NCBI RefSeq assembly: GCF_964213995.1
Contig: NC_135817.1
Location: 85,374,001 to 85,428,859, forward strand
DNA: 54,859 bases
Reading direction: 5' to 3'
Source: Mustelus asterias
Taxonomy: Eukaryota
Shown piece after piece: positions 26,137-37,876 of this stretch (its first letter is position 1; the number at the start of each line of letters is the position of its first letter). The notes beneath the pieces were generated by a model, which was not told where the DNA came from, did not search any database, and saw only the letters and a list, made by a program, of their open reading frames with translations. Both the position numbers and the translations under genes were made by a program.

Positions 26137-26470
26137 AATATATCCCCAATGGTGGGGGAGTCCAGAACCAGGGGTCACAGTCTGAGGATTCAGGGTAGAC
26201 CATTTAGGACAGAGGTGAGGAGACATTTCTTCACCCAAAGAGTGGTGAGCCTGTGGAATTCATTACCACAGGAAGTAGTTGATGCCAAAACATTGAATGT
26301 ATTCAAGAGGTGGCTGGATATAGCACTTGGGGCGAATGGGATCAAGGGTTATGGGGAGAAAGCAGGATTAGGCTATTGAGTTGGACAATCAGCCATGATG
26401 GTGATGAATGGTGGAGCAGGCTCGAAGGGCCGAATGGCCTCCTCCTGCTCCTATCTTCTATTTTCTATGA
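26137..26470 (+). mobile_element. CR1 3' end
   Basis: VGESRTRGHSLRI..FRTEVRRHFFTQRVVSLWNSLP plus tail. Confidence 0.88.
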
Positions 26471-27029
26471 CTCTCCCTGTCTGGAACACAGCATCTTTGT
26501 CAGTGCAGCCCTCAGTACCTTGGTTATTGTGTCTGAACCCTGGAGTGGGACTTGACCCTTATGACTCAGGTGTGCTTCCAACTGAGCCGCAACTGACACT
26601 CAATGTTGCAACAGGTGTTTTTATACCCAGGGTAGCCAGGGTTTAACATCCCATTGTAAAAGTGGCTGATGGCTGACAGTGCAATGAGGTGTATAAAATA
26701 ATGATAGGGAAGTCTAAAAATAGGGAAGTCTCACCAAAATTAACCTTTGTTCACTGTAGCAGGATCAGAGAATCCTGCCGGCATAAATGGCCAGAAAATT
26801 CACAAGCTTTTGAAGCCAAGTTCCAATTGTTAAACTGTGATAATGGGATTCTGATCTCATTTTCACCATAGTTTAAGTCTCTTGGTTACTTGTCCATTAA
26901 CATGATACACTACTGCACTGGGATAACTTTGTTTTGATTCATTCGTGGGACATGGGCGTTCCTGGCTGGCCAGCATTTATTGCCAATGCCTAATTGTCCT
27001 TGGAGGGCAGTTGAGAGTCAACCACATTG

Positions 27030-27347
27030 TAGAATCGTAGAATCCCTGCAGTGCAGAAGGAGGCCATTCGGCCCATCGAGTCTGCACCGACAACGATCCC
27101 ACCCAGGCCCTATTCCCATAACCCCACATATTTATCCTGCGAATCCCCTGACACTAGGGTCAATTTAGCATGGCCAATCCACCTAACCCGCACATCTTTG
27201 GACTGTGGGAGGAAACCGGAGCACCCGGAGGAAACCCACGCAGACACGGGGAGAATGTGCAAACTCCACTCAGACAGTGACCCGAGGCCGGAATTGAACC
27301 TGGGTCCCTGGCGCTGTGAGGCAGCAGTGCTAACCATTGTGCCACCC
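27030..27347 (-). mobile_element. HE1-like V-SINE nested in the second SINE family
   Basis: Full head, V-domain and tail; host SINE resumes on both sides. Confidence 0.85.
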
Positions 27348-27719
27348 CTGTGGCTCTGGCACTGGAGTCACATGTAGGCTAGGCTGGGTAAGAACGGCAG
27401 ATTTCCTTCCCTAAAGGACATTGGTGAACCGGATGGGGTTTTTCCGACAATCGACAATGGTTTCATGGCCATCAGTAGATTCTTAATTCCAGTTTTCTTT
27501 ATCGAATTCAAATACCACCACCTGCTGTGGATAGGATTCGAACCCTTGTCCCCAGAACATTAGCTGAGTTTCTGGATTAATAGTTCAGCGATAATACCAC
27601 GAGTGGTATTACTGGGGTAGAATAGATATTCCTTCTTTCATATCCTTTTAAAATCACTATTTATTTATTTATTTACACTGGTATCTTTCAAATAATTACA
27701 GCCAGGATTTTCTGATCTT

Positions 27720-28160
27720 TGGTTTGATTTATTATTGTCACATGTATTAACATACAGTGAAAAGTATTGTTCCTTGCGCGCTATACAGACAAAGCATACT
27801 GTTCATAGAGAAGGAAAGGAGAGAGTCCAGTTTGTCGTGCTACAGTTATAGCTAGGATGTAGAGAAAGATCAACTTAAGTCCATTCAAAAGTCTGATGGC
27901 AGCAGGGAAGAAGCTGTTCTTGAGTCGGTTGGTACGTGACCTCAGACTTTTGTATCTTTTTCCTGATGGAAGAAGGTGGAAGAAAGAATGTCCTTTAGGG
28001 AAGGAAATCTGCCGTTCTTACCCAGTCTAGCCTACATATGACTCCAGTGGGTGCGTGGAGTCCTTAATTATGCTGGCTGCTTTGCCGGGACAGCGGGAAG
28101 TTTAGACAGTCAATGGATGGGAGGCTGGTTTGCGTGATGGATTGGGCTACATTCACGATC
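27720..28160 (-). mobile_element. Rex/Babar-type LINE 3' fragment
   Basis: Near-identical to 33385-33985 and 39810-40245; TTTGA/ATTT tail. Confidence 0.75.
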
Positions 28161-28479
28161 TTGTTCTCCCAGACTCCGCTGCCAGCGAGAATGGAGAATT
28201 TGGCGCTCAGCCAAAACTCCCTTCACTGCAGCGGGACTGGAGAATCCCAGCCGCAGGCGAGGTCAAAGAATTCCAGCCTACATCATTCAGTTGGCGAATC
28301 TCCTCCTTTGGAGACATGCCCAAGTAGGCCATACCAGAGCCTGCCTGAGTTTAATTCATGTAGTTGAAACCAGATCTTGTTCCCGTTGCTTCTCTCCATA
28401 TTCCTCCCTGTTTTCAACCTTCATAGGTTCAAAGGTTCACAACTTCGTTGTGCAGGGAGACCTGGCCTCTGAGATGGAG

Positions 28480-28612
28480 CTCCCCTGAGTCAGTGACAGC
28501 AGGTGTTGGAATGATGGTGGAGGGTTCTGGGTACAGATATTCCCCAGTCAGCCCTGCTTTCGGTAAATAGGAACAAACCTTCTCACACACACATCAGCCA
28601 GTGTCACAGAGC
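28480..28612 (+). promoter_or_regulatory. Unit 2 conserved promoter block
   Basis: CTCCCCTGAGTCAGTGACAGCAGGTG; GATATTCCCCAGTCAG; GTAAATAGGAACAAAC; CAGCCAGTGTCACAGAG. Confidence 0.7.
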
Positions 28613-28736
28613 GAGGCAGGAACTCTCACTGAGAGAGGCAGTCAGGGTTTGCGTCAAATTGTTTGTCTGTAAATGTGAGCCAGACCCTTGTCTTGCGCTG
28701 TTGTTTGGATTCGGAGCAGGGCAAATGAGAGCAGCC

Positions 28737-28905
28737 ATGTTTATGTACACGAGTGTGTTTCGAACGATGTGGCATGTGCACCTCTGCTGTAAAGAATTCA
28801 ACGCCATTCCGATGGTTCCCAACAATCAACTTGTGGTGAAGCGTAGGGGGAAAGTGTCTAATTCTGCACCTACAGTCAGCACCGTACCTCCCTTTGACCG
28901 TGAAG
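28737..28905 (+). CDS. Variable first exon, unit 2 (type A): MFMYTSVFRTMWHVHLCC...STVPPFDRE|G
   Basis: GCAGCCATG start (in-frame upstream ATG at 28725), 56 codons plus 1 nt, donor AAG|GTAACT. Confidence 0.8.
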
Positions 28906-29089
28906 GTAACTGTTGTGTTCTAATCATGTCTTGCTGGGATGTAACTGACAAAGATGTTGCCTCTACCATAATCCACCACCCACTTTCCTCTTCGAGCAGT
29001 GTTGCTTGGGAGGAGGGAATGCTCGCTGACCTAGACACTGGCTCACGGTTTAGCAACATCAGGTTAAAGTCCAACAGGTTTATTTGGAA

Positions 29090-29126
29090 TCACGAGCTTT
29101 TGGAGCGCTGCTCCTTCATCAGGTGA
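29090..29126 (-). ncRNA. Minimal type I hammerhead motif (Penelope-type), GAAA mutated to AAAA
   Basis: Reverse complement reads TCAC-CTGATGA-A-GGAGC-AGC-GCTCC-AAAA-GC-TC-GTGA. Confidence 0.6.
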
Positions 29127-29190
29127 GTGGAGAGGTAGGTCCACAAACACGGCATATGTAGACACCGACACAATTGCAAGACCTCTCCAC

Positions 29191-29227
29191 TCACCTGATG
29201 AAGGAGCAGTGCTCTGAAAGCTCATGA
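29191..29227 (+). ncRNA. Minimal type I hammerhead ribozyme motif (Penelope-type), core intact
   Basis: TCAC-CTGATGA-A-GGAGC-AGT-GCTCT-GAAA-GC-TC-ATGA: catalytic core, stem II, palindromic AGCT helix III, UC cleavage site; one stem-I mismatch. Confidence 0.7.
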
Positions 29228-29641
29228 TTCCAAATAAACCTGTTGGACTTTAACCTGGTGTTGTGAGACTTCTTATTGTGCCCACCCCAGTCCAACACCG
29301 GCATCTCCACATCTTGGTTAGGCAAGGCCTTGATTTTGCAATTCCCATTGTTTTCAAACCCCATTGTGGACTCAGCTGTCCCTATCTTTGTCATCTCCTC
29401 CAGACCTCTGAGCTTTCTGTGCTCCTCCAATTCAGGCCACCTGTGCAGCCACGATAATCACTCCAGCGTTAATGACCATGCTGTCAGCTGCCTGGATCTG
29501 ATGATCTGGACTATCCTCCATCAATCTCTCTATCTTCCTCCCTCCCTTTAAGACACTCCTGAAACCTATCTCTTAGACTAAGCTTTTGCTCACCTGTCCT
29601 CCTATCTGGTTGCTCTTGTGTCAAATTTTGTTGGATAATGT

Positions 29642-30013
29642 CATAGAGTCAAAGAGGTTTCCAGCATGGAAACAGGTCCTTCGGCCCAACTTGTCCATGT
29701 CACCCAGTTTTTACCACTAAGCGAGTGTCAATTGCCCGCATTTGGCCCATATCCCTCTATACCCATCGTACCCATGTAACTGTCTAAATGCTTCTTAAAA
29801 GACAAAATTGTACCCGCCTCTACTACTACCTCTGGCAGCTTGTTGCAGACACTCACCACCCTCTGTGTGAAGAAATTTGTATCTCTCCCCTCTCATCTTA
29901 AACCTATGCCCTCTAGTTTTAGACTCCCCTACCTTTGGGAAAAGATATTGAGCTGATCTATGTCCCTCATTATTTTATAGACCTCTATAAGATCATCCCT
30001 TCGCCTCCTATGC
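29642..30013 (-). mobile_element. CR1 3' end
   Basis: Same subfamily as 1-265, reverse orientation. Confidence 0.8.
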
Positions 30014-30137
30014 TCTGAAGCATTTTACTGCATCAAAGGCACGATACCAATGCAGGTCGATGTAGTTGTTTCCTAGTCAATATTCCATGTGTTGAAGTTG
30101 GATGGGAGCAAGTTACTTCCGATGCTGAAGCTTTTGA

Positions 30138-30236
30138 ATAAAAACAGAAAATGCTGGAACAATTCAGCAGGTCAGGCAGCTTCTGTGGAGAGAGAACGGA
30201 GTAAGCCTTTCAGGTTGATGGCCTTTCGTCAGAACT
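30138..30236 (-). mobile_element. Penelope terminal fragment with hammerhead-like core
   Basis: Reverse complement reads AGTT-CTGACGA-A-AGG..CCT-GAAA at 30200-30236. Confidence 0.5.
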
Positions 30237-31293
30237 GTGACTATAATGTTGAATGGTTCAGCTGTTCTGTGTTTGACTATGTGAGTCTGGCAACTGATCT
30301 ATGCTTATAGCGCTTGATTGGCGAAGCCTGGGTGTTGACTCAGAGCAAAAGTAATCAGCCAACACAGAAGCTACTGGAAGCTGAGCTGTAGACATGACTG
30401 TAAATATTTATGATTGTAGAGATGTTTTAAAAGTCTTGTAAGTAAACCTGCTGCAAATGTAGAAAGGAGTGTCATCTTTACATTGGTCTGAGGAAAATCA
30501 AATATATTAAAAGTACAACAGCGATAGCCTTGTTGAATGGCTGGGTATCAGATGATGTCCACATTCAATCTTAGAAGAGTAATCTTAAAAGGAAACACCT
30601 TGATGGGATTTCATCCCACAACCATCCCAGCTTAGATTGGGGTTGCCAACTCTCCAGGATTGCCCTGGAGTCTAAAGAACAGCTTCTTCCCTGCTGCCAT
30701 CAGATTTTGAATGGACCTACCTCAAATTAAGTTGATCTTTCTCTGCACCCCAGCTATGACTGTAGCACTACATTCTGAACCCTCTTTTTTCCCTCTCCCC
30801 TATGCACTCTATGAACAGTATGCTTTGTCTGTATAGTGCGCAAGAAATAATACTTTTCACTGCATCCCAATACATGTGACAAGAATAAATCAAATCAAAG
30901 TTTTCTGCAGAGCATGGAAGCGAGTAAAGCCGAGAGGAGGATTAATTTGGGACTTTAAGTCTGTGCTTTAAAAGAGCATTTATTTTGAGCATTTTTGTTT
31001 ATGAGTTATAGAAATTTTGGGGATGGGCAGAAAAGTTGTTTGAAGTGAAAGTGTGGTTCGCTGAAATAGTTCCAGCCAGAGCCAGCATTCACGTAGCGAG
31101 CCATTGTGTTTGTATCTGAACCTTTGCTTTTAGTGGAAGGAATTAGTGACTCCAATGATGTGAATGAATTATTTTTAAGAATAGAATATGGGAATTCTGC
31201 CTATTAAATAGTTACAAGGTGAATGAAACTTCAACATGATAAATAGCATTAGGGGGTCTTGTGAATGAAGTGTTGTAAATACTCTACTCAAAT

Positions 31294-32090
31294 ACACCCA
31301 GACTCCAACACCCCCAGACTCCAACATACCCCCAGACTCCAACACACCCCCAGACGCCAACACCCCCAGACTCCAACACACCCCCAGACGCCAACACCCC
31401 CAGACTCCAACACACCCCCAGACGCCAACACCCCCAGACTCCAACACACCCCCAGACGCCAACACCCCCAGACTCCAACACCCCCAGACTCCAACACCCC
31501 CAGACTCCAACACACCCCCAGACGCCAACACACCCAGACTCCAACACACCCAGACTCCAACACCCCCAGACTCCAACACCCCCAGACTCCAACACACCCC
31601 CAGACGCCAACACACCCAGACTCCAACACACCCAGACTCCAACACCCCCAGACTCCAACACCCCCAGACTCCAACACCCCCAGACTCCAACACACCCCCA
31701 GACTCCAACACCCCCAGACTCCAACACACCCCCAGACGCCAACACCCCCAGACTCCAACACCCCCAGACTCCAACACCCCCAGACTCCAACACACCCCCA
31801 GACTCCAACACCCCCAGACTCCAACACACCCCCAGACTCCAACACCCCCAGACTCCAACACACCCCCAGACTCCAACACCCCCAGACTCCAACACCCCCA
31901 GACTCCAACACACCCCCAGACTCCAACACACCCAGACTCCAACACCCCCAGACTCCAACACACCCCCAGACTCCAACACCCCCAGACTCCAACACACCCC
32001 CAGACTCCAACACCCCCAGACTCCAACACCCCCAGACTCCAACGCACCCAGACTCCAACACCCCCAGACTCCAACACACCCCCAGACTCT
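31294..32090. repeat. 16/18-bp C-rich minisatellite (CCCCCAGACTCCAACA[CA])n
   Basis: Direct tandem periodicity over about 800 bp. Confidence 0.97.
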
Positions 32091-32550
32091 CGTGCACACA
32101 CACGCACATCCAGACTCTCGTGCACACTCTCAAACACACATACACACACATACAGACTCAAACACACACTCAATCACAAGCACACTCAAATATACACTTA
32201 AAATCCCAAACAAAAAACATCGGGCAGAATTTTCCCGTCCCGTCCTCTATGGGAATCGTAGCGGACGGGACCATATAAAGGTCCATTGACCTTTCCGGTC
32301 CTGGGGCGAGCATGGCCAGAAAACCCCGCCCATACACTCAATTACACAGACACAAACACGCAGAAACATATCTGGAAGGCAAATGCATACAGAATGAAGT
32401 GTGTATACCACAGTGAAGTGCTGCTTGAGATTCTTGATAGCTTCTTTACCAAATCTTCCCACCTTTACCCAACTCTGGACCAGTGTCCCCCTCCTGCCAG
32501 GTACAGGTATTATTCATCCAGGTATTATAAAGGGACAGCTGCTGTGGTTG

Positions 32551-32672
32551 CTCCCCTGGGTCAGTGATGATAGGTTGCAGAAGGTTGTGGGTAATGATAT
32601 TCCCTCGTCAGTCTTGGTAAATAGGAACAAACACTCGCACACGCACACACACACAAGCCAGTGTCACAGAGC
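32551..32672 (+). promoter_or_regulatory. Unit 3 conserved promoter block
   Basis: CTCCCCTGGGTCAGTGATGATAGGT; GATATTCCCTCGTCAG; GTAAATAGGAACAAACAC; CAAGCCAGTGTCACAGAG. Confidence 0.7.
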
Positions 32673-32760
32673 AGCAGGAATCTCATTGCGAGAGGTTGTA
32701 AGTGAGAGCGATCCTTACAAACTCTCACTCTTGGCTGGAAGGATTATTGGGAGAGATTCC

Positions 32761-32941
32761 ATGGCGGGCTGGATGATAGGACCCCTGGTTTACGAGGAAT
32801 TATTAAAAGTCATTTGGCAGGTTAATTTCTGCTGCAAAGCATTTGATGCCTCGCCACTGAATCCCAAGGGGAGGATTGCGCTAAAGCTCAGAGCGACAGC
32901 ATCTAACACTGGACCCACTGTGCCTCCCTTTGACAATGAAG
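32761..32941 (+). CDS. Variable first exon, unit 3 (type A): MAGWMIGPLVYEELLKVIWQVNFCC...PTVPPFDNE|G
   Basis: CCATGG start, 60 codons plus 1 nt, donor AAG|GTAACT. Confidence 0.8.
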
Positions 32942-33384
32942 GTAACTATTATGTTTTAATCACATATTTCTGTGATGCTAATGAGGCCTCTTCCCATTGG
33001 TATCTTTGATTTACTCCAGATACTCTGTTTGTTCATCTCCTGTACCTCGCTCCCCTGCTCTGGCCCTCCCCACCAATAACCACAGTGTTCTGATACTTCC
33101 TCCAGCCCCATAACCCTCAGTGCTTCTCCAGTTCCAGCCTCTTGTGTGTTCCGGAGTTCAATCATCCCCACCATTGGTTAGTGTGTCGTCAGCTGGCTGG
33201 GCCCGAAGTTCTGGAATTCCCTCCCTATCCCATTTCTCCTCTCTTCCACCGTCCACACCTTTGAGATCCTGGCAATCTACCGATTTGACTACATTTTATT
33301 CCCCAACATTTCCTCACATGGCCTGGCGTCTAATCTTTGTTTTGTAGCACTGGTCAGAATGCTTTGTTGTGTTTGCGGTGACTT

Positions 33385-33985
33385 GATTTGATTTGATTTT
33401 GATTTGATTTATTATTGTCACATGTATTAGTATACAGTGAAAAGTACTGTTTCTTGCGCACTCAGAAACACACACGCTTACAGACTCAAATACACACACA
33501 CATACCATACATACAGACTCAAACATACCATTCATAGAGAAGGAAAGGAGAGAGTGCAGAATATAGTGTTACAATCATAGCGAGAATGTAGAGAAAGATC
33601 AACTGAAAGCGAGGTAGGTCCATTCAAAGGTCTGACGGCAGCAGGGAAGAAGCTGTTCTTGAGTCGGTTGGTACGTGACCTCGGACTTTTGTATCTTTTT
33701 CCTGACGGAAGAAGGTAGAAGAGAGAATGCCCGGGGTCCTTGATTATTCTGACTGCTTTTCTGAGGCAGCGGGAAGTGTAGACAGAGTCAATGGATGGGA
33801 GGCTGGTTTGCGTGAGGGATTGGGCTACATTCACAACCTTTTGTAGTTTCTTGCGGTCTTGGGCAGAGCAGGAGCCATACCAAGCTGTGATACAACCAGA
33901 AAGAATGCTTTCTGTGATGCATCTGTAAAAGTTGATGAGAGTTGTAGCGGATATGCCAAATTTCCTTCGTTTCCAGAGAAATAGT
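33385..33985 (-). mobile_element. Rex/Babar-type LINE 3' fragment (DUF1891-like RT C-terminus)
   Basis: RKFGISATTLINFYRCITESILSGCITAWYGSC...RTNRLKNSFFP motif. Confidence 0.85.
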
Positions 33986-34413
33986 GGCGTACTACCTGAA
34001 TACAAGTTGTTGATTGAATATATCAGTTTTTCCAACATAACCCAACCAAATTACACATTTACCACCGGAAGTTTTGGGGAAGGTTTCCTGTGCTGGTAAT
34101 TTTTAAGAAAAATAAGCCGTGTGATTGACTGGAAGGAATGAGTGTGGCTCACAGTGAAGTTACAAAATTCTCAGCGAAGATTCGGTTCAATACAGAGCCC
34201 CAAAATGACACTTTTAAAACATGATTGCAGGGGTAGGGGGAAGAGGTAGGGAAGTGGGATGAATTGGATAGCTGCGATGCAACGCGTTGTGTTATTTCAC
34301 TGGACTAAAGGTGCTACATAAATGCAGGTTGTTCTTGTACAGATCTACATTGCTTTTGCAAACACCACAATTGGCAATCAAGCGGTTAAAGTTTACTGAT
34401 TTGTGTACCGGGT

Positions 34414-34560
34414 CTCCCCTGGGTCAGTGACAACAGGTAAAATAAAGTAACAACTGGACTTGGTGTGGACCTATTATTTCCCAGTCTATCATCTCAGTCC
34501 TGTATTGAGCAAATAGGAGCAAACACTCTCACACTGACACCCAGGTAGTTCAGCCAGCGT
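34414..34560 (+). promoter_or_regulatory. Unit 4 conserved promoter block
   Basis: CTCCCCTGGGTCAGTGACAACAGGT; GCAAATAGGAGCAAACAC. Confidence 0.65.
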
Positions 34561-34673
34561 GAGAGAGAGGCAACAGGCCTGTCTGTCTGTGAGATGGAAA
34601 CCTCCAGGAGCAGCCCACTGTTGGCTGAAGGACTATTTGGAAAGATCCCCCTGCACTGTGGAAAAGGGGAGCC

Positions 34674-35190
34674 ATGTCTATGTACGGGGCCTTTATGGAG
34701 ATCTACTGGCAGATGCAGGTGTGCTGTGACCTGTTCAGTGATAGTCCCGTTGACTCCAAGGTGGGTCCCACACCGAGACTGAGAGACTAAAGGTCTGCTT
34801 CTGAAACTGCAGTTACCAAGGTGCCTTCCGCCTTGGGGGGGTACGGTGGCACAGTGGTTAGCATTACTGCCTAACAGCGCCAGGGACCCGGGTTCAATTC
34901 CCGGCTTGGGGGTGACTGTCTGTGTGGAGTTTGCACTTTCTCCCCGTGTCTGTGTGGGTTTCCTCCGGGTGCTCCGGTTTCACACAGTCCAAAGATGTGC
35001 GGGTTAGGTGCATTGGCCATGCTAAATTGCACCTTCGTGTCCCAGGATGCGTAGGTTAGCAGGATTAGCGGGGTAAATATGTGCGGTTAAGGGGATAGGG
35101 CCTGGATGGGATTGTGGTCGGTGCAGACTTGATGGGCCAAATGGCCTCCTTCTGCACTGTAGGGATTCTATGATTCTTTTGATCAAGCAG
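34674..35190 (+). pseudogene. Unit 4 pseudo-exon: MSMYGAFMEIYWQMQVCC...LRD*...TKVPS[SINE]FDQA|G
   Basis: In-frame TAA at 34788-34790; V-SINE (about 34835-35176) inserted inside the PPFD motif; donor CAG|GTAATG retained at 35190. Confidence 0.82.
34835..35176 (+). mobile_element. HE1-like V-SINE inserted in the unit 4 exon
   Basis: Full-length head, V-domain and GATTCTATGATTCT tail. Confidence 0.9.
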
Positions 35191-35524
35191 GTAATGGTTC
35201 TACTCTCCTAGGCCTTTGGATCATTGAATCACTGTAGCACTGATGGAGGCCCTTTGGCCCATTGCCTCTGTGCTGGCAATTTGAAACAGCTCTCCAATTC
35301 CCCACCCAGGATAAGCTGAATAATGGGGCATTAGGCCGACTCCAGGCCAAGTGGACTGAGTGTGACCTGTAGCAGCCAACCTTCACATTTACCACCCCCG
35401 CCCCTCCCCCTGCCACCGCCTCCAATTCTGTTGGAATGAATCTTTCTTCTCGTGAATTTGGCCGGAGGATGGGAGCCAGCCCACTCTTGTTTGATTCAAA
35501 CCAAGCATCGCGCCCAGCTTTCTA

Positions 35525-35853
35525 TAGAATCATAGAAACCCGACAGTGCAGAAGGAGGCCATTCGGCCCATCGAGTCTGCACCGACCACAATCCCACCCA
35601 GGCCCTACCCCCACATATTTTACCCGCTAATCCCTCTAACCTACGCATCTCAGGGGCAATTTTAACCTGGCCAATCAACCTAGCCCGCACATCTTTGGAC
35701 TGTGGGAGGAAACCGGAGCACCCGGAGGAAACCCACGCAAACACGAGGAGAATGTGCAAACTCCACACAGACAGTGACCCGAGCCGGGAATCGAACCCGG
35801 GACCCTGGAGCTGTGAAGCAGCAGTGCTAACCACTGTGCTACCGTGCCGCCCC
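35525..35853 (-). mobile_element. HE1-like V-SINE
   Basis: Full-length copy. Confidence 0.88.
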
Positions 35854-36187
35854 TATCTCAGAATTATCACCCAATTTTCACCAGGACTGGAAGTTGAAAG
35901 AGTCTCTCGTGTTATCCTTCTGGGACATGTCGAGAGTGCCTGATCCTTGCAGAATGTACATATTAGCAGCCTGTATTATCATCTATTCATTCTAACAAGC
36001 CGGCCCAAGTCAGACTGCAATGTCAGATAGAAAGAGCGAGGGGAGTGGATAATGTGTCCCTGTTATGAAATTCATTTTTGTCCAGCTATCGTTCAAACCA
36101 GCCTTCAGGAAATCCCAACTTGAAAGTAACTGAAGATTAAAAGGTCCTGTCTGAATTAAGTATATTTGGACTTAAATAGAAGTTACC

Positions 36188-36477
36188 TAGAATCCCTACA
36201 GTGCAGAAGGAGACAATTCGGCCCATCGAGTCTGCACCAACAACAATCCCACCCAGGTCCTATTCCCAAAACCCCATGTATTTACCCTGCTAGCCTTCCT
36301 TGACACTAAGGGGCAAACTAAAATGGCCAATCCACCTAACCCGCACATCTTTGGAGCACCCGGAGGAAACCCATGCAGACGCGGGGAGAACATGCAAACT
36401 CCACGCAGACCCAAGCCAGGAATTGAACCCGTGTTCTTGGCGCTGTGAGGCAGCAGTGCTAACCACTGTACCACCCA
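36188..36477 (-). mobile_element. HE1-like V-SINE
   Basis: Head, partial V-domain, tail. Confidence 0.85.
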
Positions 36478-36547
36478 CTTATCCAGAGACCCACTGTGTA
36501 ATCTCTCATTTTTCCATTGTACGGAGGTGCCATTCTGTGACGTGGAC

Positions 36548-36708
36548 CTCCCCTGGATCAGTGTTGGCAGGTGAGGGAAGGTTAGTGAGTGGCAGGAGGG
36601 CTCTGAGTACATATTCCCCAGCCAGTTCCAGCCTCAGTAAATAGGAACAAACTCTCTCTCTCTCAGACACACATGCACACAAACGCGCACCAGCCAGCAT
36701 CACAGACA
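36548..36708 (+). promoter_or_regulatory. Unit 5 conserved promoter block
   Basis: CTCCCCTGGATCAGTGTTGGCAGGTG; ATATTCCCCAGCCAG; GTAAATAGGAACAAAC; CAGCCAGCATCACAGA. Confidence 0.7.
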
Positions 36709-36845
36709 ACAGCAGAAACGCTCGCCGTGAGCGACAGTCAGGGTTGGCACCTGGCAGTTTTGCCATGTCAGTGAGACAGACCTTTGGATATCTCCGGCTA
36801 CTGGTCGGAAGGGCTTAGCCTGGCATGAACATAGTGAGAACAGCC

Positions 36846-37017
36846 ATGATGTTCATGTTCAGAGATGTATTTATTGCACTTTACGAGGTGCACCAGTGTT
36901 GTCAGCTCTTTAATGCCGTGCCCATCATTCCGGATAAACAGCTTGTGGTGAAACTCAAAGACAGAGTGTCTAATTCCGTGCCCACAGCCAGCACCGTGCC
37001 TCCCTTTGATGTGTCAG
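36846..37017 (+). CDS. Variable first exon, unit 5 (type A): MMFMFRDVFIALYEVHQCC...STVPPFDVS|G
   Basis: CAGCCATG start (in-frame upstream ATG at 36825), 57 codons plus 1 nt, donor CAG|GTAACT. Confidence 0.8.
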
Positions 37018-37566
37018 GTAACTACCATGTTTCACTTTCCCGCGTCGTGGCTGCATTGCTGATTTATTTCCTCTCAAAATTCCGGTCAATTGTTTTGCTG
37101 AAACTGGGCATTTAATTCTAATTCTCTTCCCTTGCCGCTATTTCCATCGCCCCCTCCGCCCCCTCCCCCACCTCTTTTCCTCCATCCCCCCCCCCCGGCC
37201 CCGCTTGCAGGAAATAGTAAGCTGTCTCTGTGTGCAACTTCAGTGATGAATCTAACAGATGGCATTTATTCTGTGCCCTCCTGGCATCCATACACATCGG
37301 TCCCCAACAGAGATCACAGGAAGATATTCAGAAGCAGGAATCCAGTGCTTCTGATGTTGTTCTCCTCCCCTTGCAACCAGCCCATTCATCAATTATAGAG
37401 CCTCAGTTATCGCTCGAGCCCTTAATTAGATTATCAAAATCTTCCAGATATCGATCTCCTTTAACATCCTCATTCATTATTTTCAAGTCCTTCCAAGGTC
37501 TTGCCACTACCTCTGTCACGTTCTCCGATCTTATAACTCTTAACACTGCCTGCTGGCGGGATGGTA

Positions 37567-37876
37567 GGGCGGCTTAGTGACACAGTGGTGAGCACTGCTG
37601 CCTCACAGCGCCAGGGACCCGGGTTCAATTCCCGTCTTGGGCCACTGTCTGCGTGGAGTCTGCATGTCCCCCCCCCCCCCCACCGTGTCTGCGTGGGTTT
37701 CCTCCGGGTGCTCCGGTTTCCTCCCACATGCTGGTTAGAGTGGATTGGCCATGCTAAGTTCTCCCTCAATGTACCCAAACAGGCGCCAGAGTGTGGTGAC
37801 TAGGGGATTTTCACAGTAACTTCATTGCAGTGTTAATGTAAGTCTACTTTGACACTAATAGAAAAATAAACTTTAA
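37567..37876 (+). mobile_element. V-SINE (alternative tail)
   Basis: Head, V-domain, tail. Confidence 0.82.

Noticed and set aside
31175-32278. Long ORFs of 271-337 aa on both strands (PQTPTH / GVLESG repeats)
   Set aside because: They are translations of a stop-free 16/18-bp minisatellite, open in several frames, with no sign of a real gene.
32401-33009. 202-aa ORF as a single-exon gene
   Set aside because: Only 32761-32941 is homologous to the other units; the upstream part runs through the promoter motifs and starts at a non-ATG codon.
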